Of a stretch of DNA of 39,848 bases, positions 18,078 to 27,057 are shown piece by piece. Origin of the DNA: a virus; the IMG/VR virus record IMGVR_UViG_3300035365_000038, positions 1 to 39,848 of that record, one strand, 5' to 3'. Under the pieces are notes generated by a model. It made no database searches. It saw nothing but the letters and a program-made list of their open reading frames with translations, and had not been told where the DNA came from. Numbering within the stretch: position 1 is the first letter of the stretch; each line of letters begins with the position of its first letter. The translations under genes and the position numbers were made by a program.

Positions 18078-18107
18078 TTTGAAATCATTGTAACATTATT
18101 ATCTTTG
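18078..18107 (+). promoter_or_regulatory. Bacteroidota-type promoter for the head/fibre operon
   Basis: TTTG (18078-18081), 18-nt spacer, TATCTTTG (18100-18107). ATG at 18128. Confidence 0.5.
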
Positions 18108-18127
18108 CGCAGTTAAATATAAAACTT

Positions 18128-19273
18128 ATGGCAAAATTATATCTTAATAGGGACATTATTGCAGATTCGGAAAAGATGAAGTATTGGATGAGTGGAGATG
18201 ATGGTATTTCATTTTCCGACATTCAGAACTTCATGGCATGGGTAGACCCGATGGATAACCGCATTGATGTAGAGATTCATTCTTGTGGCGGTGATTGTGT
18301 TGAGGGTTATGCTATCTATGACGCACTTCGGGCGAGCGGAAAGGAAATTACTTGTACGGTTGTAGGCGAATGCGCTTCAATGGCTACTGTCATTCTCCTT
18401 GCTGCACCAAAAGAAAACCGAAGAATGTACGAACATGCAAAACTCCTGATTCATAACCCTTATTATGGGGATGGAATCAGTGGTATGCTGACCGCAGAGA
18501 AGTTACAAGGCTATGCAAATAGCCTGATTTCAGAGCGAAAAAAGATGCTGAAAATCTACACAGAAAGAACCGGACAGCCGGAAGATGTTCTTCAGGCGCA
18601 AATGAATACAGACTCATGGTTTGAAAGCCAACGAGCTATTGAATTAGGATTCGTTTCATCGGTTGTTCCGGCAATTTCAGCAAAAAAGAGTGACGAACCG
18701 ATTATTAACCAAAAACCAAAAAGCAAAATGGCAAAGAAAGATGAAAAGCCAACTTTGAAGGAAGCCTTCAAGACGCTGGCTAGTGCTATGGGATTTAATG
18801 TTGATCCGGTAGCTATGGAGATTACAACGACAACCGGAGATACTCTTACGGTTGAACGAGAAGAAGGAGAGATTCAGGTGGGCGATGCAGCTAGTCCTGA
18901 TGGAGAATGGGTGTTGGAAGACGGCAGAACCGTTATAGTTCAGGACGGAATGATCACGGAAATTCGAGAGCCTGATACCGATGATGATACCCAGGCATTG
19001 GAAGACCGTATCGCTGAGTTGGAAAAACAAGTTGCTGAACTGACCGCCAACGCAAAGACTGACGAGGACAACGCAATACTCGATGAAGTCAAGAAGGCTG
19101 GAGGTATTGAAGCTTTGAAGAAAGCAGCAGCAAGCAAGTATGTTCCGGCAGCCAGAAGACAGACAGCAGGAACAGCCGGAAGACAGACTGAGGAAAAACC
19201 GAAGAGCCGGATTCAGCAGAGATTAGAGGAAGCAAGAGAAAAAGCAAAAAACAAATATAAGGGAGGAAAGTAA
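18128..19273 (+). CDS. ClpP-like head maturation protease fused to a scaffold-like coiled-coil C-terminus
   Basis: HSCGGDCVEGYAIYDAL...GECASMATVILLAA...LLIHNP supplies the Ser/His of the S14 fold. The C-terminal LEDRIAELEKQVAELT coiled coil and K/E tail fit a scaffold. Confidence 0.85.
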   Translation: MAKLYLNRDIIADSEKMKYWMSGDDGISFSDIQNFMAWVDPMDNRIDVEIHSCGGDCVEGYAIYDALRASGKEITCTVVGECASMATVILLAAPKENRRMYEHAKLLIHNPYYGDGISGMLTAEKLQGYANSLISERKKMLKIYTERTGQPEDVLQAQMNTDSWFESQRAIELGFVSSVVPAISAKKSDEPIINQKPKSKMAKKDEKPTLKEAFKTLASAMGFNVDPVAMEITTTTGDTLTVEREEGEIQVGDAASPDGEWVLEDGRTVIVQDGMITEIREPDTDDDTQALEDRIAELEKQVAELTANAKTDEDNAILDEVKKAGGIEALKKAAASKYVPAARRQTAGTAGRQTEEKPKSRIQQRLEEAREKAKNKYKGGK

Positions 19274-19274
19274 T

Positions 19275-20342
19275 ATGACTTGGGAACAATTAACAGATTT
19301 GACAAAAGACAACGGTGCGATTAAAGACCTGAAGGATCTTTTGACCATTGAACTTTTTACTGATCCGGCTTTAGAGCAGTTCTTTACACTGGTATTGAAC
19401 GCAAAGAACGGAGAGAAACTCGGATGGATAGGCAATATGTCCGATGTGGGTTGGGCAGGTGCCGGATGTAACCCTTCATACAAGAAGCCGAAGGTTGATT
19501 TCTTGGAAAAGACTTGGGAAATCGGCGACTGGCAGGTGCCTTTGGAATTGTGCTACAAGGACATTGAAAACACCATCGCAGAATACTGTTTGAAAACCGG
19601 AACTGAGATCGGAGACTTGACAGGTACCGACTATATGGACGTAGTTATCTATCCGGCCTTGAAGGAAGCAATGATGAAGATGGTTTGGCGTTTCATCTGG
19701 TTCGGAGACAAGAATGCAGAACTGAGCAACAACAGCGGTGTTATCTCTACTACTTCGGACGTTGAGCTGTTCAAGACTTGTGACGGTTTATTCAAACGTC
19801 TGTTTGCCATTGGAACCGCAAATGAAAGCCAGAAGGTGACTATTGATGCCAACAAACAAACTACAACCGCCTTGCAGATGAGCAAGATTAAAGATGCAGG
19901 TGTAGCAATCGGTATCTTCGATTCATTGTTGGAAAATGCAGACTCACGTATTGCAGGTATGGACGGTGCCGGAATCTTCGCAACAAAATCTTTGTGTGAT
20001 GCGCTGACAAAAGACTTGAAGCGTGAATACAAGGAAATTTTGGAGTGGGAGGACATCTTCGGAGGTCTGAGAGTGACAGAATACAACAATGTTCCTGTTT
20101 ACTCTATCGGCATCTGGGACCGCTTCATTAAGGAATATCAAAATAACGGTACAAAACTGAATCTTCCTCACCGTGCGGTATTCGGTTCATCTAAAGAGCT
20201 GTTGGTGGGTACTCCGGCTAACCAGATTATTTCTGAGTTGGATATCTTCTTCCAGAGAAAAGAGAGAACAAACAACATATATTCAACTGGTAAACTGGGA
20301 ACTTTGGTCGGTCAGGATGACTTGTTCCAGCTTGCATATTAA
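19275..20342 (+). CDS. major capsid protein (putative, HK97-fold class)
   Basis: 355 aa, immediately downstream of the protease/scaffold and preceded by GGGAGGAAAGTAAT. No direct motif proof. Confidence 0.65.
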   Translation: MTWEQLTDLTKDNGAIKDLKDLLTIELFTDPALEQFFTLVLNAKNGEKLGWIGNMSDVGWAGAGCNPSYKKPKVDFLEKTWEIGDWQVPLELCYKDIENTIAEYCLKTGTEIGDLTGTDYMDVVIYPALKEAMMKMVWRFIWFGDKNAELSNNSGVISTTSDVELFKTCDGLFKRLFAIGTANESQKVTIDANKQTTTALQMSKIKDAGVAIGIFDSLLENADSRIAGMDGAGIFATKSLCDALTKDLKREYKEILEWEDIFGGLRVTEYNNVPVYSIGIWDRFIKEYQNNGTKLNLPHRAVFGSSKELLVGTPANQIISELDIFFQRKERTNNIYSTGKLGTLVGQDDLFQLAY

Positions 20343-20356
20343 GGAAGGAGGAAATC

Positions 20357-20965
20357 ATGGGAGTATGTGATTTATTGATTTCAAAAGATATCGCACCTTC
20401 TTGTACTGATCCGATTGTACCCGGATTTGAGAATGAAGGTATTATTATTAACCGTGATGATATTGATTTCGGAGCTTGTGCTTTCAACGCAACCAGAAAA
20501 AACGTGATTGAAACGCTTGTACTGAAATCCGGAAAAAGAGGATATAAGATTTTGGTGATGGGTGCGCAGCCATTTAACGGAACAAGTACTGCTTTCGCTG
20601 CCGGAACTTACCGAAACACCTTTACTAATACCGTAGCATTTGCAGTTCTGGACGATGGCCCAGACGTGCGTAATGATGTTATTGATGCTTTGGCAAACGG
20701 AGAGTTTGTTATTATCCTGGAGAACAAATTTAAAAGTCTGGAGAAGCAACAGAACAAAGGCGATAACTCATTCCAAGTATATGGATGGTATCAAGGTTTG
20801 AAGGCTTCAGAAATGTCTGACGGAAAGTATTCTGAGGACACCGATGGAGGCTGGGCAGTTACCATGCAAGAAACAAAATCTCCGAAGTCTGGTCTTTATC
20901 TTTACAAGACTGGATATTCAGAGACAGCAGCAATGATAGAAACATTATTAACCGAAGCAGATTAA
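20357..20965 (+). CDS. structural protein (202 aa), possibly major tail or decoration protein
   Basis: AAGGAGGAAATC precedes the ATG. The call rests on position after the capsid gene. Confidence 0.5.
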   Translation: MGVCDLLISKDIAPSCTDPIVPGFENEGIIINRDDIDFGACAFNATRKNVIETLVLKSGKRGYKILVMGAQPFNGTSTAFAAGTYRNTFTNTVAFAVLDDGPDVRNDVIDALANGEFVIILENKFKSLEKQQNKGDNSFQVYGWYQGLKASEMSDGKYSEDTDGGWAVTMQETKSPKSGLYLYKTGYSETAAMIETLLTEAD

Positions 20966-20968
20966 GCT

Positions 20969-21427
20969 ATGAAAGTTAAGGATACAATCAAAAAACTTGA
21001 AGAGTTGAGGGGGAAAGGTTCCTCCTTAACTCAATCCGATAAGGCAGAGATTGAAAAACTGCACATTGAGGTTTTGGATAGAAAGATGGCGCATACATCA
21101 TGTAGTAACTGTTATTCAGACGCTGTGACTATGTTGCTCTTGTATATCCGCAAACATGGAGGATTCAAGGAGAAGACTGCGTACCGATTAAAAAACGGTG
21201 TGCTTCTACAGATGGAATTCGGCAGTTCTAAATTCTACACCAATGACAACCTTACCGATAAGGTTGCCGAGGAATATCTTGCTAAATTCCCAGAAAATAG
21301 CAAGTTGTTCTCTGTGCTTCCGGAAGATTGGGAAGTAAAGGTAGAAATGCGAAAAAGTACATCAGGAGATAATCCTGATCCAGAAGAAAATACATCTTCC
21401 GGAGCGGAAACAACACCTAAGAAATGA
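20969..21427 (+). CDS. hypothetical protein (152 aa)
   Basis: Tightly packed, with an ATGA overlap to the next gene. Confidence 0.6.
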   Translation: MKVKDTIKKLEELRGKGSSLTQSDKAEIEKLHIEVLDRKMAHTSCSNCYSDAVTMLLLYIRKHGGFKEKTAYRLKNGVLLQMEFGSSKFYTNDNLTDKVAEEYLAKFPENSKLFSVLPEDWEVKVEMRKSTSGDNPDPEENTSSGAETTPKK

Positions 21428-22599
21428 GAGTAAGGGATTTAAAAAACAAAACAAACTGCCGGCTAGATACTAGTTATCTCCGGCAGTTAAACATTCAGGG
21501 GTATGGGGAAGATAACCTATATCCTCAGACGCTGAGAAATATTGTAGCTGCAAGCTCAACCGGATCGGAATGTATGGAGCGGTTTGCATCCTTTATTGAG
21601 GGCAATGGATTTAATGATTCTATCTTTGCCGAGGTAGTTGTTAACCGAAAAGGAGAAACCATAGATGACATACATACATTGATCTGTCATGATGTTGCTA
21701 TGTATAACGGATTTGCTCTGCATGTCAATTATAATGTATTGGGTGAAATCGTGGAACTGCAATATATTCCTTTTGAATCCTGCCGATTGGAAGAGGAAGA
21801 TGATAATGGATATGTTGCTCATATTGCTATTCATCCGGATTGGTCCGGCAAGAAACGAAGAAAAGGTCAACCTATCAAAGTAGATAAATCAAACGTGGAT
21901 TACATTGACGTATTTAATCCGGTTAAAGAGGTAGTTCTGGCGCAGATTGAAGCATGTGGTGGAATCGAATACTACAAAGGTCAGGTTATTTGGGTGTCTA
22001 TTGCCGGAAAGAATACCTATCCGGTTGGTAAGGCTGACAGTGTAGCCACTGAAATGAGTACGGACGAAGGACTTGCAAACGTGAAGTTCAGGAATGTACG
22101 TAATAACTTCCTTCCTTCCGGAATCGTGATTACAAAAAAGGCGCAAAGTATTCCTGATGAGGAGGAAATCGGAGGAATGTGGGAGAATGTAGGATTTTCA
22201 GATATGCTAGACCGCATGCAGGGAGATACCAACAGTAATAAGTTGGTAGAGGTAGAGGTGGAATCAGACGAGGATAAGCCTGAATTTATGTCTTTCCCTA
22301 CAACGAACTTTGACAAGGAGTTTTCAGCTACCGATGCAAGCGTGGTAGAACGAATCTATTCAGCCTTCGGTCAAGAACCGTGGTATTGCATCCGCATAGG
22401 CAAGGTCGGTTTTTCTGGAGATATTTTGCGTGATGCCTTTGACTATTACAATTCCATCGTGAGCAAGCAGCAACGTCTGATTGAGAGAACATTAAATAAA
22501 GTCTTTCAGAGCTGGTACACAAACGTAAATCCGTCTGGAGATTTCAGTGTAGAACCTTTAAAATACGTAGGCAATGCAGGGCTATCTAATAACATGTAA
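21424..22599 (+). CDS. putative portal protein
   Basis: 391 aa, and the only remaining protein of portal size in the head operon. The N-terminal ...NLYPQTLRNIVAASSTGSECMERFASFIEGNGF resembles Bacteroidota phage portals as I recall them. Confidence 0.45.
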   Translation: MRVRDLKNKTNCRLDTSYLRQLNIQGYGEDNLYPQTLRNIVAASSTGSECMERFASFIEGNGFNDSIFAEVVVNRKGETIDDIHTLICHDVAMYNGFALHVNYNVLGEIVELQYIPFESCRLEEEDDNGYVAHIAIHPDWSGKKRRKGQPIKVDKSNVDYIDVFNPVKEVVLAQIEACGGIEYYKGQVIWVSIAGKNTYPVGKADSVATEMSTDEGLANVKFRNVRNNFLPSGIVITKKAQSIPDEEEIGGMWENVGFSDMLDRMQGDTNSNKLVEVEVESDEDKPEFMSFPTTNFDKEFSATDASVVERIYSAFGQEPWYCIRIGKVGFSGDILRDAFDYYNSIVSKQQRLIERTLNKVFQSWYTNVNPSGDFSVEPLKYVGNAGLSNNM

Positions 22600-23080
22600 A
22601 GAAGTAGGTGCGCTGGCAAGGGATATGTCAGCGCATATTGACGAGGAAAGAGTGAACACCTATATTCGGGAATCGGAAATGATCGACCTGAAATCGGCAT
22701 TGGGAGATGCTCTTTTCTTGGAAGTGAAAGCCAATCCGGAGAAGTATCAGAAACTTTTGAATGGAGGAGAGTATGAAGTCTGCGGAGAGAAACGTATCTT
22801 TAGCGGTCTGAAAACTGCTCTTGCATACTATACTTATGCTAGAGTGGTCAAAAATGGGAATGGAAATGTTACCCGGTATGGTTTTGTCAATAAGGAAAGC
22901 GAATATAGCAGTAATGCTGAATTCAAAGAGCGAAACATGGCATATAATGACGCTTTTTCAATCGCTGACAGACTGATGAAGGAGTGCTTGCGATACCTTA
23001 TTGACGTCAAAGAACCGCTCTATAAGGGAGGGGGGAAAATGAAAGCAAACAGAACTATTTACAGAATTATAGGAAATTAA
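22574..23080 (+). CDS. hypothetical protein, possibly a head-tail connector
   Basis: ORF overlaps the portal end by 26 nt. An alternative ATG lies at 22625. The call rests on position between the portal and the fibre. Confidence 0.5.
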   Translation: MQGYLITCKEVGALARDMSAHIDEERVNTYIRESEMIDLKSALGDALFLEVKANPEKYQKLLNGGEYEVCGEKRIFSGLKTALAYYTYARVVKNGNGNVTRYGFVNKESEYSSNAEFKERNMAYNDAFSIADRLMKECLRYLIDVKEPLYKGGGKMKANRTIYRIIGN

Positions 23081-23083
23081 TCT

Positions 23084-25750
23084 ATGGCAAAAACATTCTT
23101 ACAATTACAAGAATCTGCCGATTTAATCAAGAATGAAACGGCAGATGGAGCAAATACAGCGGAGAGAGTGGGCGGTACCATGAGGGATATTGTAGACAAA
23201 ATGCAGTCAAATGAAGAACTTGCTCAGAATACCGGAAGCAGTACAGCTACTGCCATGAGCCAGGATGCCGTCACCAAGGCACTTGCAGGATTGCTCCCAA
23301 ATCAAAGAGCTGATAATACACCATACATCTCTATTGCCATTAATGATGGAGATTCCGGACAGAACTGGGAAACATTTAACAGGAAATTGGATGAGATAGC
23401 GTCTATGCCTGACCCTATGCCTTACAACGGAGATATAAGATATTTTATCAGCGAAGGTCTTAGAGTAGATGTGACTAACCGTATTTTTGATTCGTCGGAA
23501 GGTGCGTCTAGAAGGCTCACACAAGTTGTTACTGGTAATGTAAGACTTGATGAAAGGCTTGATTTGGCCCTTGCCGGCGATATAGATCAATCTTTTTGGC
23601 GAATTTATAAGGAAGGAGCTTGGTCTGAATGGAAATCAGTTAATTCAGGAGGAGGTAGTGGTAATGTTGATGTTGTACAGGAAACAGGATCTAGTATGAC
23701 GGCTGTAATGAGCCAGGCTGCAGTGACCAATGAATTTAAAAAACGCGATAATTTTTATTTCACAACTTTAGATGTGACATATATAGATGATGGCTCCAGT
23801 GTATCAGACGCAGAAGCAAATGAACTGGCTAATATACAGATGGCCCTAGCTAGCCAAAAAACTATTATATCACCAGCAGGTGTGTTGGCAGCTTTCGTGA
23901 TTTATCGCAATACGTTATATATAGCTAGAATATCATATATGATAGGCCAAGAATTGTATGTACTGTCAACTACCACGCCAAAAGGAGGTGGAGGAACTTG
24001 GTCCGTAAAGTCTCAAGACCTAAGTAACATTGCCAATAACGGGTATAACGTATTGATTCACGGAGAGCATGCGCATGGTGAAGGTGTGTCTTCCAAGCTA
24101 GCCTATGAGGGCGGTACTATACCGTCAGACGTACAACAGATTATGACAGAGTGGTATATGTCTTCTACTGGTTATGCCATTGCGTATGGACCCGGATCTC
24201 ATGTTGAGGGGCAAGACTGTCTTGCTACTGGAAATTATGCACATGCTGAGGGCCTTAAGACATTGGCGGCTAATAATGGTGCACATGCAGAAGGTACCGG
24301 TACCAATGCAGCTGGAACATATGCACATGCGGAAGGCCAAAGTACTACGGCCTACGCTACAGCTTGCCATGCAGAAGGCGGTATGTGTGTATGTAATGGT
24401 AATTATGGTCATGTAGAGGGATTCCGCTGTACTGTGGAAAATACTGCTGGCCATGCTGAGGGATATATAACTTATTGTCGTGCTAATTATGGACATGTTG
24501 AAGGAAGGCAAACTAATTCTATAGGCCCATGTGCTCATGCAGAAGGTTATGGAAATAAGATTGACAGATCTATTACGATTACAGGGATAGAGAATATTGA
24601 AAATGTATCATCGTCCTTTACGGCGGATAACACATCTGACTTAAAGGTGGGAGCTTGTTTTATCATAGATTACATACCATATGTAGTAACTGACATTGCC
24701 GATGGCAACATATACGTTAACAGATGGATTGAATTCCAGAAACAAAAATATGATATTATTATAATGTATGGTGCTGCATATGGAAATAATGCTCATGCGG
24801 AAGGAGAATTAGGTTCTGCGGTCGGTAAAAATGCCCATGTCTCTGGAGCTTCTTGTATTGCGTTCAATGATAATGAGGTTGCTTGTGGACATTATAATTA
24901 CTCTTTTTGGAGTGATGATAATACCAAAAGGACCTTATATTCAATCGGTATTGGTGAATCTGATTCAAATCGGAAAAATGCCTATGAATTAAAGGAAAAT
25001 GGAGACTTATATATTTACGGTGTAGGCGGATATACAGGAAAAAATTCTTCCGAAGCAAAAACGATACAAAAAGTAATCACTGAACAGCAACAAGGATGTT
25101 CGGGAGGTGGTATCGAAGATGCACCTTCTGACGGTAAGACGTATGGTAGAAAGGACGGAGCGTGGACTACGACAGAAGAGGTGATTGATTTGGGGGAATT
25201 AGATTTTGACCCTAATGACACAAGTACATTTTCTGTATTTGACCCTTACAAAAACAAGGTAGGTGTATATAAATTTAGGCGTAAGACTTATTTCAGTCAG
25301 TGTCGTCTTGAGGTATTTTTATCGGGCTATTATTACGGAAGTCCTATATTAAGTGCGATACTAACAATAGATACTGCTAATTCAATTGGTAGCGGGGATT
25401 TCCACTCTAGCTATTGGCACAAAATGACTTTTGTCTATGGGAGTTCAGAATGGAAATCAAAATCATATACAATCTATGAAATGCTTTTGAGTATTAATTC
25501 GAGCAATTTTCTAGAAAAATTGGATTCTGTGAAAACTCCTGGAATTTATAAGATATATGATTATAATGGTACAATTTCTGCAATTTTAAACGTAACTAGT
25601 CACGACCCATATGACAATAGAATTATAATAACACAGTCATTACATGCTTATGTAAATGATGATATATCATCGCATGTATTAGACGGATTCAGAACTTTAC
25701 AAGGAGAAGTATGGTCTGAATGGAAAACAGCAAAAACTATATTAGAATGA
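23084..25750 (+). CDS. tail fibre / receptor-binding protein
   Basis: 888 aa. The TGSS-x-TA-x-MSQ-x-AVT motif is duplicated (about 23230 and 23690). G-rich hinges (SGGGSG, KGGGG, GCSGGG). Central beta-helix-type repeat block. Confidence 0.8.
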   Translation: MAKTFLQLQESADLIKNETADGANTAERVGGTMRDIVDKMQSNEELAQNTGSSTATAMSQDAVTKALAGLLPNQRADNTPYISIAINDGDSGQNWETFNRKLDEIASMPDPMPYNGDIRYFISEGLRVDVTNRIFDSSEGASRRLTQVVTGNVRLDERLDLALAGDIDQSFWRIYKEGAWSEWKSVNSGGGSGNVDVVQETGSSMTAVMSQAAVTNEFKKRDNFYFTTLDVTYIDDGSSVSDAEANELANIQMALASQKTIISPAGVLAAFVIYRNTLYIARISYMIGQELYVLSTTTPKGGGGTWSVKSQDLSNIANNGYNVLIHGEHAHGEGVSSKLAYEGGTIPSDVQQIMTEWYMSSTGYAIAYGPGSHVEGQDCLATGNYAHAEGLKTLAANNGAHAEGTGTNAAGTYAHAEGQSTTAYATACHAEGGMCVCNGNYGHVEGFRCTVENTAGHAEGYITYCRANYGHVEGRQTNSIGPCAHAEGYGNKIDRSITITGIENIENVSSSFTADNTSDLKVGACFIIDYIPYVVTDIADGNIYVNRWIEFQKQKYDIIIMYGAAYGNNAHAEGELGSAVGKNAHVSGASCIAFNDNEVACGHYNYSFWSDDNTKRTLYSIGIGESDSNRKNAYELKENGDLYIYGVGGYTGKNSSEAKTIQKVITEQQQGCSGGGIEDAPSDGKTYGRKDGAWTTTEEVIDLGELDFDPNDTSTFSVFDPYKNKVGVYKFRRKTYFSQCRLEVFLSGYYYGSPILSAILTIDTANSIGSGDFHSSYWHKMTFVYGSSEWKSKSYTIYEMLLSINSSNFLEKLDSVKTPGIYKIYDYNGTISAILNVTSHDPYDNRIIITQSLHAYVNDDISSHVLDGFRTLQGEVWSEWKTAKTILE
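24059..24850 (+). repeat. about 11 degenerate coding repeats of the form x-[YGAC]-[AG]-H-[AGV]-[ES]-G inside the fibre gene
   Basis: EHAHGEG, SHVEG, NYAHAEG, GAHAEG, TYAHAEG, ACHAEG, NYGHVEG, AGHAEG, NYGHVEG, CAHAEG, NAHAEG, NAHVSG. In the core of the array the spacing is about 9-16 residues. Confidence 0.7.
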
Positions 25751-26295
25751 ATATGAAAATAGCGACACATGATAGTGCAACAGGAGAAAAATCTTGGTGG
25801 CCAACAATCATTCTTATTCCGTTTTCAAGAACACAGTCGAAGAGTATAAAACAACAATTAGAATGCGGTTGCAGATACTTCGATATAAGAGTGAGAAAAA
25901 CATTCAGGGGATGGATATGCGCTCACGGTTTATGGGAAAGCAAGAAGTCGGCAGAAGAAATCCTATCAGACATCAATTCTGTAGGAGCATACTGCAATAT
26001 CACCTATGAAGGCTGGGGGCATAAAGACTTTGAATCTAAGGTAGAGGAATGGGTAAAAATGTATCCTAATATAAAATTTGCATCTATAAATATAAAGTAC
26101 ACAGAAGGGTTGAAATTGAAATGGAAAACTCTAAAGGTGCTAAACAAGGTTGATGGAGGTTCAAAAGATTCATTCTTTAAATTAGACTTTAGAAGTTGGC
26201 ATACTCTCCTTCCTATTCCTTGGCTATGGAAGAAAATATATGGCCCAAATGTGACTTTTAATAATGATTATTATCAATTTGTAGATTTCTTATGA
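25747..26295 (+). CDS. minimal PLC-like (PI-PLC X-domain-like) phosphodiesterase
   Basis: ATHDSATGE...TQSKSIKQQLECGCRYFDIRVR...CAHGLW reproduces the His / Arg / His catalytic layout of PI-PLC X domains. The ATG at 25747 forms an ATGA overlap with the fibre stop. Confidence 0.55.
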   Translation: MNMKIATHDSATGEKSWWPTIILIPFSRTQSKSIKQQLECGCRYFDIRVRKTFRGWICAHGLWESKKSAEEILSDINSVGAYCNITYEGWGHKDFESKVEEWVKMYPNIKFASINIKYTEGLKLKWKTLKVLNKVDGGSKDSFFKLDFRSWHTLLPIPWLWKKIYGPNVTFNNDYYQFVDFL

Positions 26296-26537
26296 TTATG
26301 AAAAAAGTAATTACTTGGTTAAAAGAAAGTAATAGATATAAGCATTTAATTGGCGGTATGGCTATCGGATTTATTTCTGATGATTGGTATTGTGCAGGCT
26401 TATCGGGTGTAGGAATTGCTTCTGCGCTTGAGTATAAAGACAAAACGTATGGAGGATTATGGGATTGGGCCGACTGGGCCCTAACCGTGGCCGGAGTAGC
26501 AGCCGGGCATTTAGCCAGGAGATTATTTTTTAATTAA
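26292..26537 (+). CDS. small membrane protein (81 aa)
   Basis: Two hydrophobic segments (LIGGMAIGFI, WALTVAGVAAGHL). ATGA overlap with the upstream gene. Confidence 0.55.
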   Translation: MIMKKVITWLKESNRYKHLIGGMAIGFISDDWYCAGLSGVGIASALEYKDKTYGGLWDWADWALTVAGVAAGHLARRLFFN

Positions 26538-26622
26538 CCCCGGTAAAAATTTATTTTTAACGGAATAAAGCGTAAATTTGCCGCGTTATCCAAAGTTTGC
26601 ATAAATAGAGTATTAATTTAAT

Positions 26623-27057
26623 TTGATTTGTTATGACGAAGAGACCAGGAAGGAGGAACCAGGCGAATTTTGGGAAAACCCGGACTATCAGAAATACAAA
26701 AAGAAGCACGGGGACCATTTTTGCGATAAGCTAGCAATGTGGGCAAGCAAAAAAATGAAAAATAACCCGCACGCAGAATCCGGCCACACCTGGACCGTGG
26801 AAGAGGTAAAAGGAGCCTTTGAGAAATTAGGCTTATCGAAGCCATCAACAACAACCTGGGGAGACGTAGCGTATGCCGCTAATATGGCTTATGCAGATTA
26901 TTACGGCTATAGCCTTAAGACAGATGCAGACGTTATTAAGCAGGCTAATGCAGACGTTATAGACCCGGACGGGTACCCAGGCAAGATATTTAACCGTTGG
27001 TTATCTGATATGATGGGAAAGGGAATAGATGTTCCCTGGGGAGAGTTTATTTATTAA
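26623..27057 (+). CDS. hypothetical protein with a TTG start
   Basis: A stop lies 9 nt upstream in frame, and TTG at 26623 is the only canonical start before the ATG at 26737. The intervening EFWENPDYQKYKKKHGDHFCDKLA looks like genuine protein sequence. Confidence 0.55.
   Translation: MICYDEETRKEEPGEFWENPDYQKYKKKHGDHFCDKLAMWASKKMKNNPHAESGHTWTVEEVKGAFEKLGLSKPSTTTWGDVAYAANMAYADYYGYSLKTDADVIKQANADVIDPDGYPGKIFNRWLSDMMGKGIDVPWGEFIY

Noticed and set aside
24174-24416. 80-aa plus-strand ORF in another frame of the fibre gene
   Set aside because: It is produced by the periodic CATGC/GAAGG repeats of the H-x-E-G block. Its translation is an M/H/L/R repeat artefact.
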